Assembly (NCBI GenBank): GCA_900548625.1
Contig: URLO01000001.1
Location: forward strand, 117,207 to 181,206
Direction of reading: 5' to 3'
DNA length: 64,000 bases
Source: an uncultured Eubacteriales bacterium
GTDB taxonomy: Bacteria; Bacillota; Clostridia; Oscillospirales; Oscillospiraceae
Under the pieces are notes generated by a model. It had not been told where the DNA came from and did no database searches. It worked only from the letters and a program-made list of their open reading frames with translations. Shown piece after piece: positions 1 through 9,268 of the stretch (within the stretch, counting starts at the first letter, position 1; every line of letters starts with the position of its first letter). Made by a program: the position numbers and the translations under genes.

Positions 1-1209
1 GGTCGTCCTGTGTATCGACGCCGGCCGTCAGAACAAGCACGCCCTCCGGCAGCTCGGCGGGGTATTCCTCCCGGCGCGCCATCAGACTGTCCTCGTCCTC
101 CAGGTCGCCGCGATCCTCCCACAGCTCGCCGAAGCAGGTGTTGTAGACGACCTGCATCTTGCGGGTACTGCCGATGGCGTTCAGATATTTCAGAATGATG
201 GATTCCCAGCTCGCCCACTGGCTGACAAAGGCGTTCAGCCAGAACGAGCGCGTGCCCTGCTCATAGGCGGCGGGGTTGTCCGCCTCCCATCTTGCCGGGG
301 CGCGCTTCATTTCCGCCTCGGTGGAGATGCAGCCGCAGCCGGGGCAGGCATAGCAGACGCTGCGGACCTTGTAGGTCTTTTTCCCCGCGACGATGATCTC
401 GTCGTGCTCAAAGCGGATGTCCGCCCATTGGATCTCGTGATACTCGCCGCAATGAGGGCAGCGGGATTTCCACCGTTCCATCGTGCCTGTCGCGTAGGCG
501 GCTTCAATGGCGCTGGCGTTTTTGACGGTGGGCGTGGACACCTCAGCGCTTTTCGCGTTGTAGAATGTCGTCTGCCGCGCCATCGCCAGATCCCACGGGT
601 CGCCCTCGTTACCGGCGGACAGCGCCCAGCGGTCGCGCTCGTCACCCAGCACATAGCGGATAGGCTTTGACGCCAGAGCGTGGGCCTCGGTGGAGCCGCA
701 CATCGTGAGGATGCCTCCGGGGTAGGTCTTTTGCAGGATGGTATTGCCGCTGTCACGGCTCTTGGGGTCACTGACCTTTTTTCGCAGCGTGGGGCAGTCG
801 CGGATCATCGGCGCGATGCGGAGCTTGGAATACTCCTTTGCGTCAATGGTGGTAGGGTGGACAAACAGAATCGAGCCAGGGTCCTGGTCAATCACATAGC
901 CGATGCAGTTATTGAGAAATTCAGACTTGCCGACCTGGGACGCGGCCACCATGACGATGTGCCGTATCTTTGGGTCGGTCCATGCATTCATCGGCTCGCG
1001 GAGATAGGGGGTGCGCTCGGTGCGCCACGGTCCGGGCTCTGCGGCGCTCTCGGCAGACAGGCGGCGATTCTGCTCCGCCCATTCGGTCACGGTCAGGTCG
1101 TCCGGCGGCTTCATGCCGGCCAAGACTTTCCCGATGACGGCATTCAGCCTCTTTACCCGCTCGCGGGCCTCTTTCTCCTCTATGAGCCGGCGCGTTTCCT
1201 TATCCGTCA
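1..1209 (-). CDS. phage terminase large subunit (GpA-like), 3' end beyond window
   Basis: Minus-strand translation from the ATG at 1209 gives MTDKETRRLIEEKEARERVKRLNAVIGKVLAGMKPPDDLTVTEWAEQNRRLSAESAAEPGPWRTERTPYLREPM..., matching the lambda gpA-family terminase N-terminus. The start overlaps the upstream terS stop. The ORF runs off the window edge and is therefore absent from the ORF track. Confidence 0.8.
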
Positions 1210-1769
1210 TCGGCATCACGCCCGCTGTCAGCTTCCCAGGCCCTCCGCTCCCGGACGCGCTCCTCGTATTTCTTTGGGTCATAGCGGTAATTGGAGAGCT
1301 CCCGCATGGCCTTGTTGACCTCGCGGCGGATAATCTCGGCGGCCTCCGCTGGGGAGTTCGCCGAGGCCACGTCCACGGCCAGGCGGCCGGGCAGGGCCAT
1401 CATCGCCCCGCGAATGGCATAGATCAAGTCGGTAGTCATCGCGGCCACGTCCTCGCTCCGGTGCATGGTACCTTTCAGCTCCTCGGCCTCCAGCTTGGCG
1501 ATGGTGGCCTTGGACGCTTTCATCGTCGTTTCCGCCACGCGGCGGGTCTTCTCCAGCTTCTTGTCCTCCTCGTCCATCGGACCGTCAGATAGGAACTTGA
1601 TATATCGCTGGACGGAATCAGCCAGCCGGAAGAAACCCTTGCGGCAGGTCGGCACGGTGCCGTCCTGCGCCATCTGCTGCACGCGCCGGGCAGACACGCC
1701 CAGCACCGTCGCCAGCTCTGTTGTGCTGACCTCAGTCTCGTCGGTAATCTTCTCGCTTTGTCCAGCCAT
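1200..1769 (-). CDS. phage terminase small subunit (N-terminal HTH)
   Basis: Internal ATG at 1769 (MAGQSEKITDETEVSTTELATVLGVSARRVQQMAQDG...) preceded by AAGGAG. HTH then coiled/charged C-terminus. Sits immediately upstream of and overlapping terL. Confidence 0.65.
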   Translation of the reverse strand: MAGQSEKITDETEVSTTELATVLGVSARRVQQMAQDGTVPTCRKGFFRLADSVQRYIKFLSDGPMDEEDKKLEKTRRVAETTMKASKATIAKLEAEELKGTMHRSEDVAAMTTDLIYAIRGAMMALPGRLAVDVASANSPAEAAEIIRREVNKAMRELSNYRYDPKKYEERVRERRAWEADSGRDADDG

Positions 1770-2219
1770 ATAGCAAACTCCTTTCCGTGGCGATGGAGCG
1801 GGACTCACCAGAATTGCACTGGAGCACCGCCCAGAGGCGGCGAGACCATTATCCCGCGCTGTGGTCTTATCTTCATAGGAGGCCTTTATCGAAACTCTCC
1901 CCACATTCTCGCGGAGAAGAGCGGATAAAGCAGAGGGAATTACGGCAGATACCGCCGCAGGTGCCTCGATTGGCACCAAAAGCATCGGCTGGTGCGTAAC
2001 GAAATGCCTGATTTTTGCCTTGGTAACTACGCTTTTTTCGGGGTCGGCGAGCCCGCGGCGTGTGGGGCGGGGGTCGTCACAGTACCTTTTGCCGTCGTCG
2101 CCTGTTGCAATGCATTTCCCCGCCCTCAGCGCGACGATGCCGAGAGGGGGAGGGAGCAACACAGCCAGACGCAGATACGCCGCTCTCGTGCGATGTATGC
2201 GCCTGGCTGTGGTATTGTG

Positions 2220-2744
2220 TTATAACTTCGTCAGCAATTCCGCATGGCTATACCCCTTAACGCCCTTGGTCATCATGCCGAGGAAGTCATCACGCGAGAA
2301 ATCAGAGAGCCGGAATACTTCTTCAGGTTTCATTCCGAGCTGTTTGCCGATCTCCTGAACGGACTTGCCCTCGTCCAGCAGCCGCTTTACGATGGCTTTC
2401 ATCGGCTCAAGCAGATGTGTACCACGAGCACGGTTGTGTGTGACGGTGCCGTAAATATCCTCGGTCGCGTCATCATGCCGCACGATCACCACCGGCACCT
2501 TGCCTTTGAGCATGGTGTGCAGCGGCTCCTCTCCGGCCACGGTCCAGCGGTGAAAGCCGTCGATGATGGTGTAGTCGGGACGCACGACGATGGGAAGCGT
2601 CCAGCCATTGGTCATGATCGATTGCACCAGCAGTTTCAGATTTTCACGGTTGACCTTGTTGGGGTTGTAGTCATTGGGCTTGAGCTGCTCCCGGTCTACC
2701 CATTGCAGGGAGGATAACGGGGCGAACAGATCCGCGTCAGCCAT
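2220..2744 (-). CDS. ParB-like nuclease domain protein (IbrB-like)
   Basis: ParB N-terminal/Srx fold motifs (LQWVDREQLKPNDYNPNKV...IIDGFHRW). ATG at 2744 with GGGAGGTG RBS. Paired with the upstream PAPS-reductase-like gene. Confidence 0.65.
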   Translation of the reverse strand: MADADLFAPLSSLQWVDREQLKPNDYNPNKVNRENLKLLVQSIMTNGWTLPIVVRPDYTIIDGFHRWTVAGEEPLHTMLKGKVPVVIVRHDDATEDIYGTVTHNRARGTHLLEPMKAIVKRLLDEGKSVQEIGKQLGMKPEEVFRLSDFSRDDFLGMMTKGVKGYSHAELLTKL

Positions 2745-3891
2745 TTGCCTCACCTCCCTTCCGGAAGCGCTTGGCGTAATCGGCGTAGGCGCAGGATATG
2801 TCCTGATAGATGGCGCGCAGGGTGCGGAGCTTGGGATCTCCAGCAGTCAGACCGCCGTACATTTTCTTGTAGTCGCGCGGCCGCGCCATTCCGTCCATCT
2901 GAATGAACATCTTGCGGTACTGCTTGGCGATCTTGCGCTTATGCTCCGTATTGAAGAAGTCTCCCGGGCGGACGAACAGCATCTCCTTCAGGAGCGCACG
3001 GTAGTCCTTGGTGTCCTCGCCCTCCAGCTCCCGGCGCTTCCTTGTGGTGCGGTGGAACATTTCGCTGTCCCAGTACAGCATGGCAAGGTAGGCATTCGGC
3101 TCGCGCCGAAGGACGCGCTCCATGAGAGATGGGTCATATTCGCCCAGGTGTACCAGCACGGGTACGGTATCAACGGAGAAGAACTGCGACACGCGCAGCT
3201 GATTCCGATTGACGCCGACCTGATACATCTGCAGGTAGACCTCGGGGACTTCGATGCGCTGGTCTCGCAGGTACAGCCAGACGTCCGCCGTCTTCCAGTC
3301 GTAGATGGGATAGATGGTGTTCGTGCCGGTGATGCCCTTTGCGCCCATATTCAGTGCCGCCATGTATTGGAGCCGCTGAATGGACTCTGCCGCGCGGACG
3401 CCGGTGATCATGATGCCGTCCATCGTCACGCGAGGCAGGAAGGATTGATAGTTGTCGATCCTTGGCCGGAGCTGCGGGTGATTGCGGATGGCAAAGGGCG
3501 GCGGCTGCCGCACCCAAGCATCGCGCTTGCGTCGATCCCAGCAGACGAAGGTTTCATCGCTGGACAGCTCATTGAGACAGCTGAAATGCTTGACCTCGAT
3601 ACACCACCATTGAAACTTGGCACCGGCAAGCAGGAACTTCTTCCGCCACGCCTTGGTCGTTGCTTCAATGGAATCGAAGATTGCCTCCTCGTCCACGAAA
3701 AGGACGGTCAACTGCGAGGGATTGATCTCTCCAGCCTGGATCAGCTTATAGGTCAGGTCGGCAAGGACGATGCTGTCCTTGCCGCCGGAAAACGAGAGGT
3801 ATACGGGGACGCCGTTGGAAAATACGTTCTTGATCCGCTGGCGCGCCGCAGTCACAACGTCGATGTCTGAGCTGATGCGCTTTACAGCCAT
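2737..3891 (-). CDS. phosphoadenosine phosphosulfate (PAPS) reductase family protein (IbrA/DndC-like PP-loop ATPase)
   Basis: PP-loop motif SFSGGKDS near the N-terminus; 384 aa. Overlaps both flanking genes (translational coupling). Confidence 0.7.
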   Translation of the reverse strand: MAVKRISSDIDVVTAARQRIKNVFSNGVPVYLSFSGGKDSIVLADLTYKLIQAGEINPSQLTVLFVDEEAIFDSIEATTKAWRKKFLLAGAKFQWWCIEVKHFSCLNELSSDETFVCWDRRKRDAWVRQPPPFAIRNHPQLRPRIDNYQSFLPRVTMDGIMITGVRAAESIQRLQYMAALNMGAKGITGTNTIYPIYDWKTADVWLYLRDQRIEVPEVYLQMYQVGVNRNQLRVSQFFSVDTVPVLVHLGEYDPSLMERVLRREPNAYLAMLYWDSEMFHRTTRKRRELEGEDTKDYRALLKEMLFVRPGDFFNTEHKRKIAKQYRKMFIQMDGMARPRDYKKMYGGLTAGDPKLRTLRAIYQDISCAYADYAKRFRKGGEANG

Positions 3892-4487
3892 ATCCGCTCA
3901 CCACATTTCGGGCAGAGGATAAACCTCTTAGCGGGCTCGGTGGAAGACGCCGTGCCGCTCTGTGCGGGTGCGACTTCCTCAGCCTGCGCCGCAGCAGCTT
4001 CTTCCCGGGCGGCGTATTTCTCGCGCGTCTCGGTGATGGCCGCAGCCTGCTCCGGCTCAATGGTGCCGTACTCAAGCAGGGCGTCGCTGGCTTCGTCAGC
4101 CTCCATCACCATCGCACGGAGAAGATCCTCTTCGTAGCCGGGAATGTCCAGGTCGTCTTTCAGCTCAAGGATAAAAGCGTCCAGCGCGGCCAGATCGTCA
4201 ACGCCCAGGTCAAAGACGCGGTTATCAGCCAGCATGAGCTTTTTCTTCTCCGCCTCAGTCAGTCCAGACACGACATAGCAGTCCGCCTCTGTGCGGCCGA
4301 GGGACAGCAGCGTTTCATACAAGCCGTTGCCGGCGAGAATAACGCCGTCCTCGTCGACCACGATGGGGCGGATCTGGCCGAACATTTCGACAGAGCGTCG
4401 GAACTCCTTCAGCTGCTTGTCGGTGTGCATTCGGACATTCCGATCCGGTCGCCGCAGCTCGGTCAGAGGCTTCTTTATGACCTTCAT
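3882..4487 (-). CDS. ParB-like nuclease domain protein with C-terminal zinc ribbon
   Basis: KKPLTELRRPDRNVRMHTDKQLKEFRRSVEMFGQIRPIVVDEDGVILAGNGLYE (ParB/Srx N-domain); C-terminal CPKCGERIW; acidic middle. Confidence 0.6.
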   Translation of the reverse strand: MKVIKKPLTELRRPDRNVRMHTDKQLKEFRRSVEMFGQIRPIVVDEDGVILAGNGLYETLLSLGRTEADCYVVSGLTEAEKKKLMLADNRVFDLGVDDLAALDAFILELKDDLDIPGYEEDLLRAMVMEADEASDALLEYGTIEPEQAAAITETREKYAAREEAAAAQAEEVAPAQSGTASSTEPAKRFILCPKCGERIWL

Positions 4488-5266
4488 GCCTGCACCCCCT
4501 TCAAAAAGGCGCGAGCACTGTCGATCTTTTCAGCTGCCGCAAGGACGATGCCGGGGTCGATATCGTAGACCTCACGCCAGCCGTTCTCGATGCCGCCCGT
4601 CCATTGGCGGGCGGGCCACGGGTGAGTGCCGCACAGATATCCGTTCTTCCAGCCGTAGATCGGCGGAAGCGGGAGCTGATGGTAGTGAATATAGGCAAGG
4701 ATGTGCTCATGCTTCCACGCAGCGAGCGGGCTGAATCGCGTAACACCTTTGCCATCGGTATAGATATTGCTGTTGCGACCGACATAATTGCCGTCCGCAC
4801 GGCGGCGGCCGAGAATGATGACGTCCAGCTCGTGCGCCTTGAAGTATTCACGCTGCGCTCGGTGCTGCACGATAGAAAACCATCGTCCGGCCGCGGCGGA
4901 GTCCTTGGGGAAAAGCATCTCTTGATGCTTCACCAGCCAGTCGATATCCTGATGCGTGTTGATGACTTCGCAGCCTGCCGGCTTATGCTTCTCGATCCAT
5001 GCGGCAAAGGCGGGGTATTCCAGGTCGCACACGCCGATCATGCTATCGGTGACGCCGGCCGCTTCACAGAGTTTGCCAAGGACAATGCTGTCCTTACCAG
5101 CGCTCCATGCGTAGGCAGCACACTTCCCAGCCGTCACGGCCTTGATGTCCGCCACGGTCGCGGCAGTAAGTTCGTCCAGCTCTGCGCGGGAAACGGCTTC
5201 TTCGATAGTTGCAACGGCTTCCAGCCATGCACTGTTGTCGATCCTCTGCTTCCTTCCGAGGCTCAT
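4484..5266 (-). CDS. PAPS reductase family protein (second copy)
   Basis: SAGKDS PP-loop motif. Start chosen at the internal ATG 5266 (MSLGRKQRID...), which forms an ATGA overlap with the upstream symporter stop. The 5' extension in the track looks non-coding. Confidence 0.65.
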   Translation of the reverse strand: MSLGRKQRIDNSAWLEAVATIEEAVSRAELDELTAATVADIKAVTAGKCAAYAWSAGKDSIVLGKLCEAAGVTDSMIGVCDLEYPAFAAWIEKHKPAGCEVINTHQDIDWLVKHQEMLFPKDSAAAGRWFSIVQHRAQREYFKAHELDVIILGRRRADGNYVGRNSNIYTDGKGVTRFSPLAAWKHEHILAYIHYHQLPLPPIYGWKNGYLCGTHPWPARQWTGGIENGWREVYDIDPGIVLAAAEKIDSARAFLKGVQA

Positions 5267-6645
5267 GCTCTCACCGCCTTTCTCGAGGCGATAACAGCGA
5301 CAAGACCGCTGGACAGGACGGTCGTCAGACTGCCTGCCGCTTTCACAGCCGGAATGCCGGCGAGATTGCCGTAGGCGAAGATCGGAAGCCCGACACACAG
5401 CGCGGTCAGCACACCGGCAAAAACGCCCTTGCCCGTCAGTTTCTTACCGAGCAGTGTCATGACCGTCGGCAGCAGCGTCGAAGCGCGGAGCGTTCCGTAG
5501 AACAGGAACAGGTATGTCACCGTCAGGCCGGGAATGTTGGCGATGGCGATAGCCACGATCAGCAGGCAAAGCATGGTGCGGCGCGAAGTCTGCACCGTGT
5601 CCTTCCCAATGCCGAGCCAGTCTGTCGTGAGCGACGCTGCCGCGCAAAGGTTGCTATCCACCGTGGAGAGCAGGCCGGAGATAATCATAAACAAGAACGG
5701 GACCAGCACCCATGTCGGAAGCAGCGAGGAAACGAATTCAAAGTTGACCATGCCGGTGTTGCTGGCCGCAAAGCCGGAGCCTGCGGCAAGGAAGCCCACC
5801 GTTCCCATGCAGATCGGAACGAGCGCAAACAAAAGCGCACCGGCAAAAAACGATCTGCCGATGCGGTCGCGCCTGATTGCGAAAGCTCGTTGCCAGAAGC
5901 ACTGATCCCCGAACGGGCCGGAGATCAGACCGACAGCCATCGGCAGACCATAGCCCAGCAGGACCTCAATGCCCGTGGAGGAGGTGAGCGAAGTATATTC
6001 TCCGGAGACAGCACCGAGCCCTGCCCGTACCGTGTCAAAGCCGCCGGTCATGCGAAGGCTCAGAACGACCAGCAGAGCGCCACCCATGAGAATAATGCCC
6101 AGCTGGACGACATCGGTGATGATGGAGGCTTTCAGCCCGGAGAAGCGGGAGTAGGAATATGCGATAGCTGCCAGGGCGAGCGTCATGCTCCAGAATGGCA
6201 GCCCCGTAATGAGGGCCAGCGTCTTTCCCCCGGCGAGCAGCTGCACCGCCGTTGAAAGAACGGCCAGCGCGCCGAGCTGGAAGGAGTAGACGCCCTTGAC
6301 CTTGCCGGAGTGATAGCGCTCCGCCATGTAGCCGGTCAAGGTGATGCCCTCCGGGTACTGCGCCCGGATCCTTTTTGCAAAGGGGATAAACAGGATCAGG
6401 CACAGCACATTCGGTACCGTAAACCAGAACATCCCCGGGATGCCGCGCGTATAGGCCATCTCCGAGGAAGTGAACAGTGAGGGAGCCCAAATCCAAGTGG
6501 CGGCGATGCTCATGGCGGCAATCACCGAGCCGATGCGCCGGTCCGCCACATGGAAGCCCTCTGCGTCGGTCGTCTTTCGGGTGAACATCAGCGTGACGCC
6601 GATCATCAGCACCGCATAGACGGCCAGAATGACAATTCCGAACAT
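5263..6645 (-). CDS. sodium:solute symporter family (SSF) transporter
   Basis: 460 aa with ~13 predicted TM helices and an SSF-like glycine/proline-rich helix pattern; AAAGGAG RBS; stop overlaps the next gene start (ATGA). Confidence 0.75.
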   Translation of the reverse strand: MFGIVILAVYAVLMIGVTLMFTRKTTDAEGFHVADRRIGSVIAAMSIAATWIWAPSLFTSSEMAYTRGIPGMFWFTVPNVLCLILFIPFAKRIRAQYPEGITLTGYMAERYHSGKVKGVYSFQLGALAVLSTAVQLLAGGKTLALITGLPFWSMTLALAAIAYSYSRFSGLKASIITDVVQLGIILMGGALLVVLSLRMTGGFDTVRAGLGAVSGEYTSLTSSTGIEVLLGYGLPMAVGLISGPFGDQCFWQRAFAIRRDRIGRSFFAGALLFALVPICMGTVGFLAAGSGFAASNTGMVNFEFVSSLLPTWVLVPFLFMIISGLLSTVDSNLCAAASLTTDWLGIGKDTVQTSRRTMLCLLIVAIAIANIPGLTVTYLFLFYGTLRASTLLPTVMTLLGKKLTGKGVFAGVLTALCVGLPIFAYGNLAGIPAVKAAGSLTTVLSSGLVAVIASRKAVRA

Positions 6646-6875
6646 TTTGGAAATCTCCTTTTATGATGTCACCGCTGCCCTCTGCTGGCGAACATCGGAC
6701 CCGGCGCATGACCGGCGCGCAAGGAGTAACGCGCAGGCCTCAACCTCCTTCCCAAACGAATGACGGCCACCCCGCGAGGGATGGCCGCCTGGCTTATGTA
6801 GGATTTTACGAGTCTAATCCTAATACATGGTGCGGGGAATATCAAGAAACGAGTTGCAACAGCGAAGAACAGCTT

Positions 6876-7253
6876 TTAACTACCGAGGTAGCGGTAACAC
6901 ACCATCTTTACCGAATCCTCCGAATTGCGGCCTCCTATGACCGCTGCGACCTCTTTCCATGCGAGCCCTCTCAGGAAGCGCAGCCGGAAGATCAGGCGCG
7001 TCTGGTCATCGTCGATGCCTTGAATGAACGGCATGATCTGCCCCTCGCTGGCCTTGACCTCTTCCTCCAGAAAGCCGACACGCGCATCCATATCCACGAT
7101 CTCAGCTGCGAGGTCGCCGACCTTATCCTTTATGCCGGGAGTATGCGGCATACCTGTGAGGGCAGCCGCGCCGGGGCAAGCCGCGTCACGCAAGGACTGT
7201 AGCATCTCCCTTGCCCTTGCCAGTTTCTCTATCAGCTCAAAATGCTGATTCAA
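6876..7253 (-). CDS. phage late-gene transcriptional regulator, sigma-70 region-4-like (ArpU/DUF1492-type)
   Basis: 125 aa with C-terminal HTH (RLIFRLRFLRGLAWKEVAAVIG). Position and size are typical of Firmicutes phage regulators upstream of packaging genes. Confidence 0.45.
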   Translation of the reverse strand: MNQHFELIEKLARAREMLQSLRDAACPGAAALTGMPHTPGIKDKVGDLAAEIVDMDARVGFLEEEVKASEGQIMPFIQGIDDDQTRLIFRLRFLRGLAWKEVAAVIGGRNSEDSVKMVCYRYLGS

Positions 7254-7290
7254 TTCCGAAAGCGTCGTAATAGCTCACCCCAATCTGTTC

Positions 7291-7479
7291 TTACTTCCTC
7301 TTGCCACCCTGTCGGCTGACAGTCTCTCCAATCTGCATTTGCCGGTATGTTGGCTGCACTACCTCTACCGACACCACACGGGTATCTCCGTATCGCTCCA
7401 AATCCTGAGCGATCTGCTCCTTTATGCCAATGGCCTGCCCCGCCGGGGCGTTCACATGAACGGTGATGACGAGCATCAT
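7291..7479 (-). CDS. hypothetical small phage protein
   Basis: 62-aa ORF packed between flanking genes with overlapping stops. Confidence 0.3.
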   Translation of the reverse strand: MMLVITVHVNAPAGQAIGIKEQIAQDLERYGDTRVVSVEVVQPTYRQMQIGETVSRQGGKRK

Positions 7480-8177
7480 CGCACCGTCTGATAGGCGCGA
7501 GCTTTCTTGTTATAGGCCAGATCGACCGGCGCGCCGCAGGAAAGGCAGCTGTAGGTGAAGACGTCCTCCTCGAAATTCGTCCGGTATTTGAAGTGCTTTC
7601 CGCACTTGCAGCGGATGTGCGCCGACGTGAGATCGTGCAGCGGCGTCTCTCCGTTGCAGGTTGCGCACCGATAGGACGAGATAGGCTGTTTTGCACAAAA
7701 GCCGCGCAGCTCGCCGCATTGTGCGCACCGAATAAGCAGAAATCCCTTGTATGTCTTCGGCGTGGTCTCCTCGGCTTCCGCTCTATCAGGGATAGCCCAG
7801 GCCTCTTTCGGCCCGAACATAGTCTCCGCACGGCTGGGCTTTGCACGAAGCAAAGTCGGCTCTGCCTTGTGTATCTCCGGCAGGGAGGCCTTCGTTGCAG
7901 CGCCGCGCCACACAGGGCGGCAGTCTATGCCGTTTCCGAGACGGCAATGCCATCTGTTCGCGCCGCTGAACTCCTCTTTCTCTCCGTGCTCACAATATTC
8001 GCAGTTGCCGTTCAGCCACAGCAGGGCGGCAATATCGGTCGCGGCGGCGTTGATTGCCTCCTCCGCTCCTGCGAACTCCTGCACCAAGTCAAAAAGGCGG
8101 CTGTAATCGTCATACTGAATACGCCCGTTCTCATTCAGCTCATTGATAAAATCGAGCAGGTTTTCAAATCGTTCCAT
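7476..8177 (-). CDS. cysteine-rich zinc-finger protein, hypothetical
   Basis: Multiple CxxC pairs (CEYCEH, CAQCGE, CATCNG, CKCGKH, CLSCGA); 233 aa. Confidence 0.4.
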   Translation of the reverse strand: MERFENLLDFINELNENGRIQYDDYSRLFDLVQEFAGAEEAINAAATDIAALLWLNGNCEYCEHGEKEEFSGANRWHCRLGNGIDCRPVWRGAATKASLPEIHKAEPTLLRAKPSRAETMFGPKEAWAIPDRAEAEETTPKTYKGFLLIRCAQCGELRGFCAKQPISSYRCATCNGETPLHDLTSAHIRCKCGKHFKYRTNFEEDVFTYSCLSCGAPVDLAYNKKARAYQTVR

Positions 8178-8189
8178 AGAAGCTCCTTT

Positions 8190-8594
8190 TCATTCCATCA
8201 CCACGCAACCACAGACTGTACATTGACCGTGAAAGTGTCCGTTGCTGCGCGCCCTTGCCCCGACCATCGTGCTCTTTCCTCCGCAGGAGGGGCAGTCCAT
8301 GCGAACTTCCTCCGGCGGCTTGCTCCATTCCTCCGTAAGCGCGTCGGGCAGAAACCTTTGACCGCAGAAGACACACCGCTCCAAGCTGTACGGCATATTC
8401 CCGCAGGAGGGGCATTCGGGATATCTGCCGCTCCAATAATCCTCAGCCCAGCGAATATGTACCGGCTCAGCCTTGCCGTTTTCCTTATCATCGGCGGCGG
8501 GCTGGTGTTCGCAGGTATCGCAGTAAAACTCCTTCTTGCAGACCAAGCCCTTATCCCAATGGCAGTACATAGTGAGATCTCCGGTATCAATCAT
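8190..8594 (-). CDS. cysteine-rich zinc-ribbon protein, hypothetical
   Basis: Start taken at internal M (MIDTGDLTMYCHWDK...). Has CxxC x4 (CDTCEH, CPSCGN, CVFCGQ, CPSCGG, CTVCGC). Confidence 0.35.
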   Translation of the reverse strand: MIDTGDLTMYCHWDKGLVCKKEFYCDTCEHQPAADDKENGKAEPVHIRWAEDYWSGRYPECPSCGNMPYSLERCVFCGQRFLPDALTEEWSKPPEEVRMDCPSCGGKSTMVGARARSNGHFHGQCTVCGCVVME

Positions 8595-9006
8595 TTCTGT
8601 CGTCCTCCTTCGGCGGCGCAGGCAGCGGCATCCAATAGACAACTGCAACATCGCTTCTATCTCCGATACCGACATGGACGCTCCATTCCGCCCTTTCGGG
8701 AGCGCACCAGCCCATATAGACGCCCCATCTTTCGTGCCAATACGCGACAACGAGGACATTGCTACGATCTTCCGGTAACCTCTCTTTTACAGATACCCAT
8801 TTTGGCATCCGTTTTGTCGCAGCATTCAGCTTCAATTCGAGCCGGCCGGAATAGCGCTTGCTATCCTCGAACATCATCCCCATCTTTACGATTTCGTCCG
8901 GCATCAACTCTGTTGCTTCGTAGGAGGCAAGCCGCGCCAGTGCAACCTCGTACCCACGGCGGCAGTAAAGCCGCCCATCCTCGTCATACCATGTCAGCTT
9001 ATCCAT
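8587..9006 (-). CDS. DUF551 domain phage protein
   Basis: Motif KWVSVKERLPE...VLVV...W is the hallmark of DUF551. ATG at 9006 with GGGAGG RBS. Confidence 0.5.
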   Translation of the reverse strand: MDKLTWYDEDGRLYCRRGYEVALARLASYEATELMPDEIVKMGMMFEDSKRYSGRLELKLNAATKRMPKWVSVKERLPEDRSNVLVVAYWHERWGVYMGWCAPERAEWSVHVGIGDRSDVAVVYWMPLPAPPKEDDRND

Positions 9007-9268
9007 TGTGTTCCTCCCTCGACTTGAAGCTGCCTGCCGCCCGGCAGCTCCCCCAGTGGGGAGCGAAGCCGGTGCCGGTGGCCTTGTGCGGATCTTCGGT
9101 ATACTCACAGGAGATAACCTCGCCGTTCGGCGTCACGATCTTTTTACTGCCGGAACGGGGCTTTTCGATGTAATAGCGCGGGGTGGCGTCACACGGCATA
9201 GACTTCCCGCCGGGTGTTCTGATCCAGACGATAGCCGCGCCGCAGCCTTTGCAGGTAGACGCTCTCAT
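8999..9268 (-). CDS. small zinc-ribbon protein, hypothetical
   Basis: 89 aa; CKGCGA...C...C pattern. Confidence 0.3.
   Translation of the reverse strand: MRASTCKGCGAAIVWIRTPGGKSMPCDATPRYYIEKPRSGSKKIVTPNGEVISCEYTEDPHKATGTGFAPHWGSCRAAGSFKSREEHNG

Noticed and set aside
6663-7202. 179-aa plus-strand ORF between the symporter and the regulator
   Set aside because: Overlaps and is antisense to the minus-strand sigma-like regulator gene. The remaining portion is a hairpin-containing intergenic or terminator region.
7593-9173. 526-aa plus-strand ORF across the DUF551/Zn-ribbon region, and similar plus-strand ORFs at 9295-10014, 12898-13689, 15574-16380, 18189-19685
   Set aside because: They lie opposite to well-supported minus-strand phage genes with RBSs and overlapping stops/starts. 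Composition is low-complexity with no motifs.
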